From: Macrostomum lignano
Lineage: Eukaryota
Length of the DNA stretch: 64,000 bases
Assembly (NCBI GenBank): GCA_002269645.1
Contig: NIVC01000011.1
Location: forward strand, 124,001 to 188,000
Direction: 5' to 3'
This document shows, piece by piece, positions 1-11,370 of this stretch (positions within the stretch are counted from its first letter, which is position 1; the number at the start of each line of letters is the position of its first letter). Made by a program: the position numbers and the translations under genes. The notes beneath the pieces were generated by a model, which saw only the letters and a program-made list of their open reading frames with translations, had not been told where the DNA came from and searched no databases.

Positions 1-900
1 AACTGAGTAGAAAATTTTTGGACTATGCGAGAAAAACATTGAAATTTGCATGCAGCTCCAACATGAAAGTGCAGTTCCGCGTTGGGGGTTAAAGTCACTT
101 GTAGAGATGGGGATATTCTATGTAGGAACAGTGGCAGTAATGGGCAAGGTGACCTTACTGAAAGCTTTACAAAGAGGAGAGGTAGAGGAAGGCGCAAGAA
201 TGAGACCATGCGAGATGAGATCAATTTTCGAAGTTTAGAGTAGGTAAATACAAAAGGAATTTTTTTGCAGAACTGCTTGTCAAAATACATTTATGGACTA
301 CAAGAACGCCCGGTAGGTAATTGCTGTCATGCCCGAAATACCAGACAATTACTTTTAAATTTCAAGCCTTTTTCTCTCCATTTTTATTGCTAATATTTAG
401 TGATCAAACAAGCAACCTACAATGCAATCAGTTTTAAAACCCCAGCTAAAAATAGTACAGCGCACCCAATACACTACTTTACACGCTTCTTAAGTAGTGA
501 TCAGCTCGACAAAATTACAACAGCAGAATCTAAAGCAACCAGTTAAAACGATAGTGTCCCTACTGCTAACTATTTGTCACACTGCTGCCTTATTAAACAA
601 GAAAAAATTATTAAATCCTCAGATTTATTTTTTGACCGCATCAAGCAACATTTCTTTTTGATTTTCGATCCTTTTCAAGAACGAATTCGGCAACACCTCT
701 GCATAGAAGAGACAAACCACTGAAAATTTTTTAATCCCAGCAGATTATTTCTTTTGTAAAACGAATAGAAATGCATTTTAGGGGTTGGGGCTGCAATTCT
801 TAAAATACTCAGCGGTGCTCACCCTTTGGCTCAAGCTTGCGTAGAGGGTCACAGCAAATGGGCTTGATTTTCACACTGTCTAGGACTTGACAACCAAAGC

Positions 901-1107
901 CCTCAGTTGCTGGGCCAGCCTCCCAGATCCTCAGTTGCTGGGCCAGCCTCCCAGATCCTCAGTTGCTGAGCCAGCCTCTCAGATCCTCAGTTGCTGGGCC
1001 AGCCTCCCAGATGCTCAGTTGCTGGGCCAGCCTCCCAGATCCTCAGTTGCTGGGCCAGCCTCCCAGATCCTCAGTTGCTGGGCCAGCGTCTCAGATCCTC
1101 AGTTGCT
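901..1107. repeat. 28-bp minisatellite (~7 copies)
   Basis: Unit CCTCAGTTGCTGGGCCAGCCTCCCAGAT repeated in tandem. Confidence 0.95.
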
Positions 1108-1703
1108 ATGCCTCCGTTGATTACACTAAGTCTTTACATATAGTCTCTGTTTAATACAGAGATTAAGTGAGTCTATAATTAAGGCTTTGTTGCTAGGATT
1201 CAGTATGATTTCCCATAAGACATTGGATAGCCAACTTTCGCTTGATTTTAAGCTTTTTAAGTTAGCAATTCGTCCGTGTTAATTATACCAGCTGTCTCTA
1301 TCGTGACTAATAACTGGTACCAAATGTAAAGCTCGGTTTTTTCGTCTTTTCTCAAGCGCTGCAGACTTCGTTAGTTTTTTTATTACCTCGGGATTACGCC
1401 GTGGATTGTCACGCTCGGGCGCGTAAGTTGATGAGAGAATGAGGGACTTACGGTCAGATTAATCAGAGGCTAATTAGGATTCTGATAAACTTTTTCTGGC
1501 GTATGCTCTGATGCAAAATAAAGTACAAGTCCGAATTCAAGTTTTAAGTAGCTAAAAAGTGTGGCATGGTCAAAAGCGCTTAACAAAATTTTGGGTTGAA
1601 AAAGACAGCCCAGTAACGATTTCTTATTTTCTGCGATATTATTACATGTATTTTGTTAATAAATTCGCATAAAGCCATGGTTGGTGTTTGTTCGAAGATG
1701 GCT

Positions 1704-1770
1704 CTGAAGGCTGCGTACGGCTGTTCAGTCCAAGGACTGGGGGGTCGCCACACACCCTCAATTACCCCAG
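1704..1770 (-). mobile_element. 3' fragment of the CORE-SINE family seen at 3320-3553
   Basis: CTGAAGGCTGCGTACGGCTGTTCAGTCCAAGGACTGGGGGG...CACACCCTCAATTACCCCAG is nearly identical to 3319-3397. Confidence 0.8.
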
Positions 1771-2201
1771 TACATAAAATATTAACTTAAAAATCTTGAA
1801 ATTCAGTCATATCTTTCATATCTTTCTGAAGCCAGCAGGCATTGAATATTCTTTCATTGCAACACAGACGTTATGGACCAATGCATCCTGTCTGCCTGTC
1901 AAAGCGAATTAAGAATTTAGTAGTGGGTTCATCCAAGTTAGTCATCATCAGTTTAACTCAAGGAAAAGAAAAAAAAATACATTGTTGAGACTGATTTTGG
2001 TCATTTGGATGATTTATGACAGCTCTGAGCTGTTACTCAATCACAAATTCTTTTGCGAAGTCAAAGTCTTTACCGTTGACGCAAGCAGCCTATTGAAAAT
2101 TCATTACATTCTCGCAAAAGTTGAGAGCACGACTTGAGTAATTTCAGGGAGTGCATGTAAAATGTATTTAACAGTAGGAATACCAAGCCATTTTTTCGCC
2201 C

Positions 2202-2415
2202 GTCGAACTACCAAGAGGGGGGTCGTTCTGACTTCGTTGGTCACTAGCCTTCACCCAGGTGGAGCTTCTGGACCCTCAACAGGTGGCACCAGGTGACTAT
2301 GGACACCAAGTCGAACTACCAAGCGGGGGGTCGTTCTGACTTCGTTGGTCACTAGCCTTCACCCAGGTGGAGCTTCTGGACCCTCAACAGGTGGCACCAG
2401 GTGACTATGGACACC
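2202..2415. repeat. 108-bp direct tandem duplication with diverged partial units to ~2720
   Basis: GTCGAACTACCAAG...GGTGACTATGGACACC starts at 2202 and 2310. CAACAG..CACCAGG motifs recur near 2540 and 2690. Confidence 0.85.
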
Positions 2416-3319
2416 CTGATGCGGATTTCTCTAGGTTCGCCGATTAAGCCTCGACAGTGGGCAAGAATCAACCGCCAGACATTCTCAGCTAGTCTCTCAA
2501 GCATTCCGTCATCATCCCGACGCCGTCGGCTCCTTCAACAGATTACACCAGGTGACTATGGACATCCTGTTGCAAATATGTCAGATTTTTCTTATCAAGC
2601 TTCAATAATGGGCAAACCTCAACTGCTGGACATCCTCAGCTAGTCAGTCAAGCATTCAGCCATCACCCCGACGCCGTCGGCAGCTTCAACAGGTGGCACC
2701 AGGGGAGTAAGGACACTTGAGCGTGATTTTTCATCATGATCTTAACATTTCTGAAGCTCTCAAATTTTTTTAAACACGGACATTGCTATAGTTAAGCTTT
2801 AACTCATGTTGCTGTATATTTATATTATTATTACGCATACTTTTATGCATACGAGCTGCATACATATTTTATTCAACAAGCTGTTTAGTTTATTCAACTA
2901 TAATATTGAACCCAATTTTTATGCAAGGCTGCACTGAGGCGCAGTGCTGATTGGCGCACAGGGGTGTACTGAATACACTAGCGCTTATGGGAAAAATCCG
3001 ACCTTCTGGCAGAACCGTCGAATATCTCGACGGTCCGAAGGGCTGGCGACTTGATTCTTGTTTGAGAAGGTGCGCAACAAAAAGTTGGCCCGTATTCTTG
3101 AATTTCGTGTGCCTGCGTTGCTCCGTTCCGGCGCAGCAAAAAAAATGTCAGGGGGGGGGGAATTCCCCCCTCTTGGTAGTTCTACTGTTAAATTTATTGG
3201 GAGTCAGTTCAAACTTACTTTCACAATTATTAAATGCTCGATTTTTACTATAATTTTAGAAAATTGCTTTAACTTTTTTGTCCGTAAACTAACGTTATCT
3301 CATCACTGAGCAGCGCATC

Positions 3320-3553
3320 TGAAGGCTGCGTACGGCTGTTCAGTCCAAGGACTGGGGGGGGGGGTGGGGTCATCACACACACCCTCAATTACCCCAGCTA
3401 ATGCTGGCACCCATTTTACAGCTGGGTGAACTGAAGCAATGCAGAGTTAAGTGTCTTGCTCAAGGCCACAAATTGTTCCAGTGGGATCGGGTATCGAACC
3501 CCCGACCTTTCAGTCATAAGTTCGACGCTTTAACCACTAGGCTGCAAACCCCC
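3320..3553 (-). mobile_element. tRNA-derived CORE-type SINE
   Basis: The minus strand has an A-box (CAGCCTAGTGG) and B-box (GGTTCGATACC), then CCTTGAGCAAGACACTTAACTCT...CAGCTGTAAAATGGG, which resembles the MIR/CORE domain. Confidence 0.75.
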
Positions 3554-5305
3554 TCTATTATTGGATCAAGCAAAGCAGTGCAGGCAGTCATCCATCCTGT
3601 AAGGCAGGCAGGGATCACTATAGTCAGGCCAATATACTCCACCCCAATTGAGACTTCCGAGCACCATTGGATAGGACAGATTGGCTTTGGGTAAGTCTGC
3701 AGTGCATGAAGAAATTTGCCAGAGAGGATTGAGACCGAATGTCAGATGGGACTTCATATCCCGTTCCGCAATTCACACCCGCATGCCTGGCGAGTCGCCC
3801 TTAACTAACTAAGACAGGCTGTGCCCGTTGGGGAATCGCATTGCTATAGGAAGAATTGAGAAGGAGAGAGTACAGGGAGGGATATGGGCAATAACACAGG
3901 ACGCACGCCTCCATGCATATTATTGTAAAAAAGTGTTGATGCGGGCTAGTCTCATGCAAGATATGCCACACATTTCCTCCTTGTATTTACGCTCGTGTTC
4001 CTCCTCTAATTTTCATCACTTGCAGATGCTGATGGAGGATATGACCTGCTGAGTGATTTGGAGACTGGAGAGGATCGGCTAGTTTGACATCCATACGGTT
4101 GAAAACAGTAAACATTAACTCCATGTCTGTTGGCATGGCATTGACTATCCATGATTCGATAGATAAGCTCAATATTTTCTAGCCAATCAGACAGTGATGA
4201 AGAATGAAGCTTTCAATTGAGCCTGAATACAAAAAACCGCAAATAAGAATGCATCGATGCAACTCGTATACTGTCTGTTTGATCATGGCATTGTAATAAA
4301 TCAATATTCTCAGGACGGTTGTACAAGGGAATAGTACTTTCCTGTAAAAAGCGCAGACCTGCTTCATCTGTATAATTCGAAAAGTCCAGAAGCTGAGATA
4401 TTTTCGCTTGCCTATTTCACTGTTACATTATTTCGGGAGGAAAGCCTCAAGGGAAATTTTCCTTCTTTTGCGAGTACAGCATCCTATATTAGTTGCTTAT
4501 GGTTTTCATAACTGAGAAGTCTTGGGGTCCTCTTATTTGCAGTGGTTATCGGCCTTCTTCTTCGAGTATATCAGTCAGCTCTGAAGTCATGTCAGCCATT
4601 GAATAGTCTTGCCAATTGCCTGAGAAAACTATCACTCAGTTTTTAATCCAGCAGAGACTGAGCTCTTCCTATTTAGCCGAGCTCCCGGACCAGCGACATT
4701 TTCGAGATCTGCTCAAGGCCTCGCCTTTCTCAGTTTAGTCTGCGCCAGGCTCCACTTCTAAACGTCCGTCGCTTGACTTTGTAGGAAAACCCGACGAAGT
4801 GCCTTAAACTTCACTTGTCTGCCAGCTCAGGCCCAATGAGACTCACTCTTTCAAATACTGAAGTTATAGGGTTGTTTAGAGGGCCTCCCCTTAGAAGCAG
4901 TAGCTTAGAACTTCTCGACGACATCTAAAGATTTCCGCTTGGAGAACTGGATCGATTTTGATCCGGCTTATCTAAGCTTGTAAGAGTTTAAAGCTCAGGA
5001 TTGCCAGCTACAGTGCTGAGAGAGAAGCAGAGCAAAGCTGGAAAACATTGTCACATCTCTCAGTCATTACATTTCTCACTCGACCACTATATTTATGCCC
5101 TATATTATGAAAAGAGATTTGTAAACTTAAATCGCTCTGTGAAGCTTCCTATTTGACAACAGGGTATCTTTTTTGTGAAAATAAATGACAACTTTATTGG
5201 CATCCAATTGGCGCGGAAAATTAGGTATTACTTGTAGAATTCGTCGCAGAAACTGAGGCAAAAAGTTTTATACACATCCTCAGAAGACCGTACAACCGCC
5301 GGATC

Positions 5306-6052
5306 CTACATAAGTCTGCACTGGTTCCTTCTCAGAGCCTCTTGCACCCTGGCCGACGCGGCCTTGTGACCGGAATCGCGCTGCTCGATTGCCTTCAACA
5401 ATTCGCGGAACGCTGCACTGACTCGCCAGTTGTACTTGGCTGAGCACTCGGCATAGGTGCACTTCCACTGCTTGCGCACGATGTTGCTAATATCGCTCTT
5501 GCTGCCTCCCTTGGCTTCTTTGTTGTTTCGACTGGCTGAATCAGCTGCTAGATCGGCTTTATTAGCCGCAACTAGAGTTGGGACGCTGATACCTTGGTCT
5601 AATAGGCGTTGTCTCACCTGGCGCACGTACTGGAAGCTGAGCTCCTCCGTGATGTCGAATACCAGCACGTAGGCGGTGGCCGACCGCAAGCCGCAGCCGC
5701 GGTAACAGCTGGAAAACTCCTGCAGAGAATCCTCCGGAAAATACTCCAATGGTGGGCAGTCAACTAAACGGGTGTCGTACGTTCGGTCGTTAACCGAAAT
5801 AGACGGCCGATGAACGATAGGTCTCACTGTCGGCTCGTAGACTTCGGGGCATTCGCAATGGACAAACTGTTGAACCAAGCTGGTTTTGCCGACGGCTTGA
5901 GCTCCTAAAACTGCAATCCGAAGCAGTGCTGGCTGCGACGGTCGATGCACCGCCCCAGCGTCTTGGTCGGCAGGGCCACCGGCTCCGATACCATTGGTGT
6001 CAGCTGTTGCCAGCCTTTGGCAGATGCCGTTTTGCTGGCTTTGCTGTTGCAT
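5306..6052 (-). CDS. RASL10: Ras-like small GTPase, RASL10 (RASL10B-like) family, 248 aa, intronless
   Basis: G1 GAQAVGKT, atypical G3 DCPP, GLRSATAYVLVFDI, G4 NKAD, VRKQWKCTYAECSAKYNW, and C-terminal ALRRNQCRLM (CaaX). These closely parallel my recollection of vertebrate RASL10B. Confidence 0.9.
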   Translation of the reverse strand: MQQQSQQNGICQRLATADTNGIGAGGPADQDAGAVHRPSQPALLRIAVLGAQAVGKTSLVQQFVHCECPEVYEPTVRPIVHRPSISVNDRTYDTRLVDCPPLEYFPEDSLQEFSSCYRGCGLRSATAYVLVFDITEELSFQYVRQVRQRLLDQGISVPTLVAANKADLAADSASRNNKEAKGGSKSDISNIVRKQWKCTYAECSAKYNWRVSAAFRELLKAIEQRDSGHKAASARVQEALRRNQCRLM

Positions 6053-6951
6053 GCTCTGATATGCTTGCGTTGCTAATAACAGATACTAGGATTTAAATAC
6101 ACTTGGACTGGGCTGGACTGGGCTGGAATTAAGACTTGTCCATCAACCTCTTCTTTCGAGCAGGATATTTTCTGCCGGTCGGAGAAATTCTCTGATTCGC
6201 TTTGTTAGCTTGTCCAATTAAATTGCTCGCTTGTCGAAAAATTCTCGCGATAGAAGACGGTCTTTTCGACCTTCTCAGCCCGGCGCTGGGAGCTGTTTAT
6301 CAACCTTGCCAATCAGTAGGGAACGAAAGACCCATTGGCACAGCGCTATCTGCCAACAAGAAAGTAGTAAAGTGTGGCAACATGGCCAAGGCACTTGGAC
6401 TGCTCGAAGGGAACTCCCGATGGAAAGTAGGAAGAGTGAGAGCTTCTGCGTCGATCGATCTTCTTTTTAGAATGAAATAGTCGCAGTTGCTATCGCAGTA
6501 AACAGACGGAGGGGTACTCGTATCGTTTTAATTCAGTATGGTACAATGCACCTACGCCTTCTAATAACTGTTTTCTGTAAAAACTAAAAAAACTTAAAGC
6601 TCTAAGAAGGATTAATCTAAAACCACACAAACCACATAATAGTCTTTCACGGAGAAACACTTTTTATCGAATCCTTGAAACATCTGTTCTTCAGCTGGCA
6701 CTATGACTTTGTATTATGTATTTGATGCGCACATAGGAAATGAAACTTCGAAATTGCTTCTTTCACCAAGAAACTTTCTTTCGATGCTTTCTTCTCTTTG
6801 TCTATGGACAAGCCTGCAACCAAATGGCTATAGCTTTAGTGTTCAGAAGCTAGGACGCTACTTGAGGATCCGTCCTTCTCAGTCCTTCCGTCCGTTCTGA
6901 TATATTTCAACATCCGTTATTTTATCTATGAGCCAAAAACTTATTGAAAGC

Positions 6952-6989
6952 TGTTTGAAAATGGTCAAAGTCAACCGAAACGCGTCACA
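6952..6989 (+). ncRNA. Minimal type I hammerhead-like motif, U3-A8 core variant (Penelope-type)
   Basis: TGT-[TTGAAAA]-T-GGT..ACC-GAAA-C-GC-GTC|ACA. Stems I, II and III can all be drawn, with palindromic stem III ACGCGT and a GUC triplet. Confidence 0.45.
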
Positions 6990-7561
6990 ACGGATGTTTT
7001 GATTGCTGCTTTTCTTTTCCATGCTTTATGGGCAATAGCATTTTTTTGGTTATTTATTCAAAATTAAAAGATAGAATCCAACAGAATAGAATAATCCATG
7101 ATGGTCCCATTTGAGGAGGACTTCGCTCCCCACAACCCGATTTCGGTGCCGCACTGATAGTGTGACCTTGATCAGCTTCAATGTCTACGATTATATGTGT
7201 GTACCCGTACTATAACGACGATGCAATAAGGCGTTAATAAAATCATCAGAGGGCTTTGCATGGCCAGTTTCCTGATCAAGGACGTGAATGCAGTGGTCAG
7301 ATGTCTGTATAAGCATACATTGCAAGATTGGCAATTGATTACAGGTTTTTTATCAGCACTGTTAGGACCAAAACTACAGACAAAAACTCACTGTCTACAA
7401 GGTGAGAATCTATCAAAATAATGCTTTTCAAAGAGTAAGTTATCATTAGATCGGCCTTCAATTTTTGTACTGTCCCTCCCTTAGTGTTGAGTAGTCCATG
7501 CAATTAGCAATGCAGTGTTTCGATGCCAAGAATTTATAACCATCATTTACTAGATAACAAC

Positions 7562-7620
7562 TAGAGAGATAGCAACTAGCGAGAGAGAGGGCGAGAGAGG
7601 TAGAGAGAGAGAGAAGAGAG
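7562..7620. repeat. Imperfect GA-rich microsatellite
   Basis: Interrupted GAGAGA runs. Confidence 0.8.
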
Positions 7621-7667
7621 GTCACGGCGTGTTTAAAAAAATCAAAAGACTTAATTAATTTAATCTG

Positions 7668-7705
7668 GGCTACCGGTTTCGAGCCTCTGGGCTCTTCGTC
7701 AGGCC
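7668..7705 (-). ncRNA. Minimal type I hammerhead ribozyme motif (Penelope-like element pLTR remnant)
   Basis: The minus strand reads GGC-CTGACGA-A-GAGCC-CAGA-GGCTC-GAAA-C-CG-GTA|GCC: canonical core, 5-bp stem II, palindromic stem III ACCGGT, GUA triplet, 3-bp stem I. Confidence 0.7.
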
Positions 7706-8616
7706 AAAAAATCTGTGTGTCATGCAATTCCAGTTGGTCTTTTAAGTATTATTTTTCTTAGTCTGATAGAATTGATGAGTAGTTGTACATATGAGAGATG
7801 TACATTTAAAACCCTGTTTTGCCTAGCTCTAACTTGTCCCAGAGGCTTTCCACCATTCATTTTAAACGACAGTATATTTGTTATAAAAAAATTGTTATTT
7901 CGAAGTACTATACGATATGCGATACTATACGATTAGATGAAATGCCGGTATTGGGGGTAGGAGCATAAAAATCAATACTGAGCGTACAATTAAGCAGTTT
8001 GAATAAAATAAAATAAATGACACGTGAATAAATATTGTACTTCAATAGGGTAAAATAGCGCATTGGTTAAAATGATTAAATGTTTCCTGGCTGAGACTTG
8101 AACTTATTGGGAGCCAGGAGGCTCTGTAAGTTACGTTGCCGTGTAAAAGCGGGCAGTATCCGGGAGCCTGGTTTATTTTGTAGCTTATCAAAGTTTTTAG
8201 CAATCTCGTTGGCAAGCCAGACCGTAGATGGGTGAAAAGGAAGGACCATTGGGATGGGTCGGAGAAGATGATTGTCGACCCTGATGTTCGTGCCTGGCGG
8301 TTTGTCAGTCCCTAGTTTTTTAATCCAGATTTCTTCCCTTAGTTCGATTTTGTTGTTATTAAGAACTTGTTCGATAGCAATGGAATATTAGTTTTGAATG
8401 TGCAGTGGACAAACGGCAGTTTTAATTGAATGTTTTTTTTGTTTCGATTATCTACCTGTATGCTTGGAATGAAACAACAATAGAAAAATGGCATAAATTA
8501 TACTGTGTAGACCACTAGCTAAAACCATGCAGAGTTTCACAATGGAAATTTACTTGAAATTTAGATTTCAGACTTTAGTAGATTTTTCTTTTTTTTCTTA
8601 ATGTGCTTAAAACAGG

Positions 8617-8618
<2 letters not shown>

Positions 8619-8656
<38 letters not shown>
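8619..8656. repeat. (AG)n microsatellite
   Basis: Perfect AG run. Confidence 0.95.
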
Positions 8657-8657
<1 letters not shown>

Positions 8658-8812
8658 CTTGAATTGGCCTAAAAATTATTCTACAACTTTGGTTCTCTGA
8701 CTTTGAGAGTTTCTACGCTTTGAGAGTGCTGGGTGGTTTTTTACAGGCGTAAAAACCTTGGTTTTAATTGCAATACACAAATTGGTGCTTGTTGGACCAA
8801 AGCAGCAGCGTT

Positions 8813-9789
8813 TCGTACCATAGACAAACACTCGTACCATAGACAAACACTCGTACCATAGACAAACACTCGTACCATAGACAAACACTCGTACCATAGA
8901 CAAACACTCGTACCATAGACAAAGACTCGTACCTTAGGCGAATGCTCGTACCAAAGACACAAACACTCGTACCATAGACAAACACTCGTACCATATACAA
9001 ACACTCATACCATAGACAAAGACTCGTACCATAGGCGAAGCTCTTACCAAAGACAAACACTCGTACCATAGACAAAGACTCGTACCATAGACAAACGCTC
9101 ATACCATAGAAAAAGACTCGTACCATAGGCGAATGCTCGTACCAAAGACAAACACTCGTACCATAGACAAACACTCGTACCATAGACAAACACTCGTACC
9201 ATAGACAAACACTCGTACCATAGACAAACACTCGTACCATAGGCGAATGCTCTTACCAAAGACAAACACTCGTACCATAGACAAAGACTCGTACCATTGA
9301 CAAAGACTCGTACCATAGACAAAGACTCGTACCTTAGGCGAATGCTCGTACCAAAGACAAACACTCGTACCATAGACAAAAACTCGTACCATAGACAAAC
9401 GCTCATACCATAGACAAAGACTCGTACCATAGGCGAATGCTCGTACCAAAGACAAACACTCGTACCATAGACAAACACTCGTACCATAGACAAACACTCG
9501 TACCATATACAAACACTCGTACCATAGACAAACACTCGTACCATAGACAAACACTCGTACCATAGGCGAATGCTCTTACCAAAGACAAACACTCGTACCA
9601 TAGACAAAGACTCGTACCATAGACAAACTCCCATACCATAGACAAAGACTCGTACCATAGGCAAAGACTCGTACCATAGACAAAGACTCGTACCAAAGAC
9701 AAACACTCATACCATAGACAAACTCTCATACCATAGACAAAGACTCGTACCAAAGACAAACTCTCATACCATAGACAAAGACTCGTACC
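8813..9789. repeat. 19-bp minisatellite (~50 copies), interrupted by the LTR element and resuming at 21424-21460
   Basis: Unit CTCGTACCATAGACAAACA with variants. It continues as TACCATAGGCAAATGCTCGTACCAAAGACAAAC right after the right LTR. Confidence 0.95.
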
Positions 9790-10825
9790 TGATGTGTTCC
9801 TTATTACCCGACTTCGGTAATCAAAGAACAATCACTTCTAGCTCTTTAGCTAGGCAACCCAGTAATTCAAACGAAAGTATTCAATTACCTTGACTTCTTA
9901 TGAGATATCTCTCCTTTTAGTCCTTCGTAGATCTCGTGTAGATCTCGATCTGTAGTTCAGGCCTGAATTCGACTCGACTTGTAGTCCTGGTCCGAGTTTC
10001 TCTTTTCTTCTTTTGCCGGCCGGTATCTGTCGTTCGGACCAATTAGAAGCTTCCAAATTAACAATGGGTACCCTGCGCCAAACTGCGGTTTAATATAAGC
10101 CTACTCCTTCTAGCAGTGCCTCTATGCACTCTAGGTATAGCTCCGGAAACCACTGATAGTCTTCTAAGATCTATCAGGGGCAGTCCTTCTGGAGACTGCA
10201 ACCAGTAGAGTCTAAACAGACTCAGGAGTCTCAACAGACTCAAACTAAACTCCAACGAGACGTCTCAAAACACAGGCGCAAATGAGTAAGGCTTACCGCA
10301 AGAACTCGACGAGTCTTCAGTAGGAAGTCCTGTAGTGGCTTCCTCTTCGGAGCTCTTCTCCTTCCGGAGGAATTGTGGCTCCTGGTCCGTTCCGGACCAC
10401 TTGTATTTATAGGCGTTCAGACCTCTCTCGAGGTCGTACATCACTGTCTTCGCAAATGTCAAAGGGTCACGATTCGGTGGCTGTCAAGCATGACAGGGTA
10501 GAAAGTTGCGCAACTAGTCTACTGTAAAAGCGCATGATTGGTTACCGTAGCTGGTAGACTTTGATTGGTTCATCCGGGTGCAACCCGAGTGCAAACCAAA
10601 TGATGACTTGAAGGTGGGGTTTGAATTGACAGTTGTTGGTCGCACGTGATTGGGTGATTTCTAAAATTAGCATGCTCGAGGTCTCTCTCTTCCTATTGGT
10701 TAGTCCGAATATACTTTAGTTCAATGCATACCTTCATTCATGCTCTTCAATTTACTACTAAATAAAATGTGTGAGTAGTACATTAACACTTTTATGTCTT
10801 CTTACGGGAGGTAGAACACTCTACA
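9790..10825 (-). repeat. 3' LTR (1036 bp)
   Basis: Direct repeat of 20387-21423. I saw three differences by eye (2 substitutions, 1 indel). Confidence 0.97.
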
Positions 10826-10840
10826 AAATCTCCCATGTTT
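10826..10840 (-). other. Putative polypurine tract (weak)
   Basis: AAACATGGGAGATTT directly precedes the 3' LTR on the minus strand. Purine-rich but short and interrupted. Confidence 0.4.
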
Positions 10841-11046
10841 ACAAAAAACTCGTCCCGAGTTTTAAATTATAGATGATTGAAACGCATAAAAAGTACGAGC
10901 ATGTCTTTATAAAAATCTTTTGTCACAAGTGTTACAGGTATTTAGTAATGGGTAGTTAAGAGCGTTAGTTATAAAAGTTATTTAAAGGTAAGTATACGCA
11001 TGCAAATGAAATGTTTTTGGTTACAGTATTGACATGTGCGCCAAGA

Positions 11047-11259
11047 CTAACAATAGGCGCACTGCCGCAAACTTCTTCTACCTATCGGGCAATTCTGCCA
11101 GAGCTGAATATAATGTGAGTCGCTTAAACATTGTCCGCATATGCGATGTCTGTTTTCACAAATAATTGGTGGCTTGACAGCCAAGTCATCAGTTAAACAT
11201 ATTGGGCATTCGTAGAGTTGCTGTAGTTGGGGCGCCTGTTTGGACAGTGCGTTGCCCAT
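11047..11259 (-). CDS. 70-aa accessory ORF: N-myristoylation motif plus C3HC4-type RING finger
   Basis: MGNALSK fits MGxxxS. CPIC-x12-CENRH-x2-CGQC-x12-CPI(G)RR, where the last ligand codon GGT is one base from TGT. Strong start context ACAATGG. Confidence 0.7.
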   Translation of the reverse strand: MGNALSKQAPQLQQLYECPICLTDDLAVKPPIICENRHRICGQCLSDSHYIQLWQNCPIGRRSLRQCAYC

Positions 11260-11370
11260 TGTCGTCGTCGCTTGAAGTTTGAAGTCGCTCAGATTAGTCG
11301 CCTCTTACGACAAGCTTGCGAAGCTGTAGAGCTATTCTGACCCGGTCTCTACACGGGTTGTTTTCGCAAC

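Noticed and set aside
2942-3308. Possible MITE with CAGTG...CACTG ends
   Set aside because: The inverted match is only about 8 of 10 bp and there is no TSD.
3470-3553. tRNA genes at 3470-3553, 23240-23312 and 62910-62982
   Set aside because: They have A and B boxes but no complete cloverleaf and continue into shared SINE bodies.
3560-5100. Coding-like sequence downstream of RASL10
   Set aside because: The frames I read are interrupted by stops and I could not recognise any domain. It is possibly a decayed transposon, but that is unsupported.
8676-9831. Multiple overlapping ORFs (MVRVFVYGTSVCLWYECLS...)
   Set aside because: They are translations of the 19-bp minisatellite (19 aa = 3 units) and are not credible genes.
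10058-10462. Two 65-aa ORFs in each LTR (also 20655-21059)
   Set aside because: They start at non-ATG codons, overlap the TATA box and R region, and show no motifs. They recur only because the LTR is duplicated.
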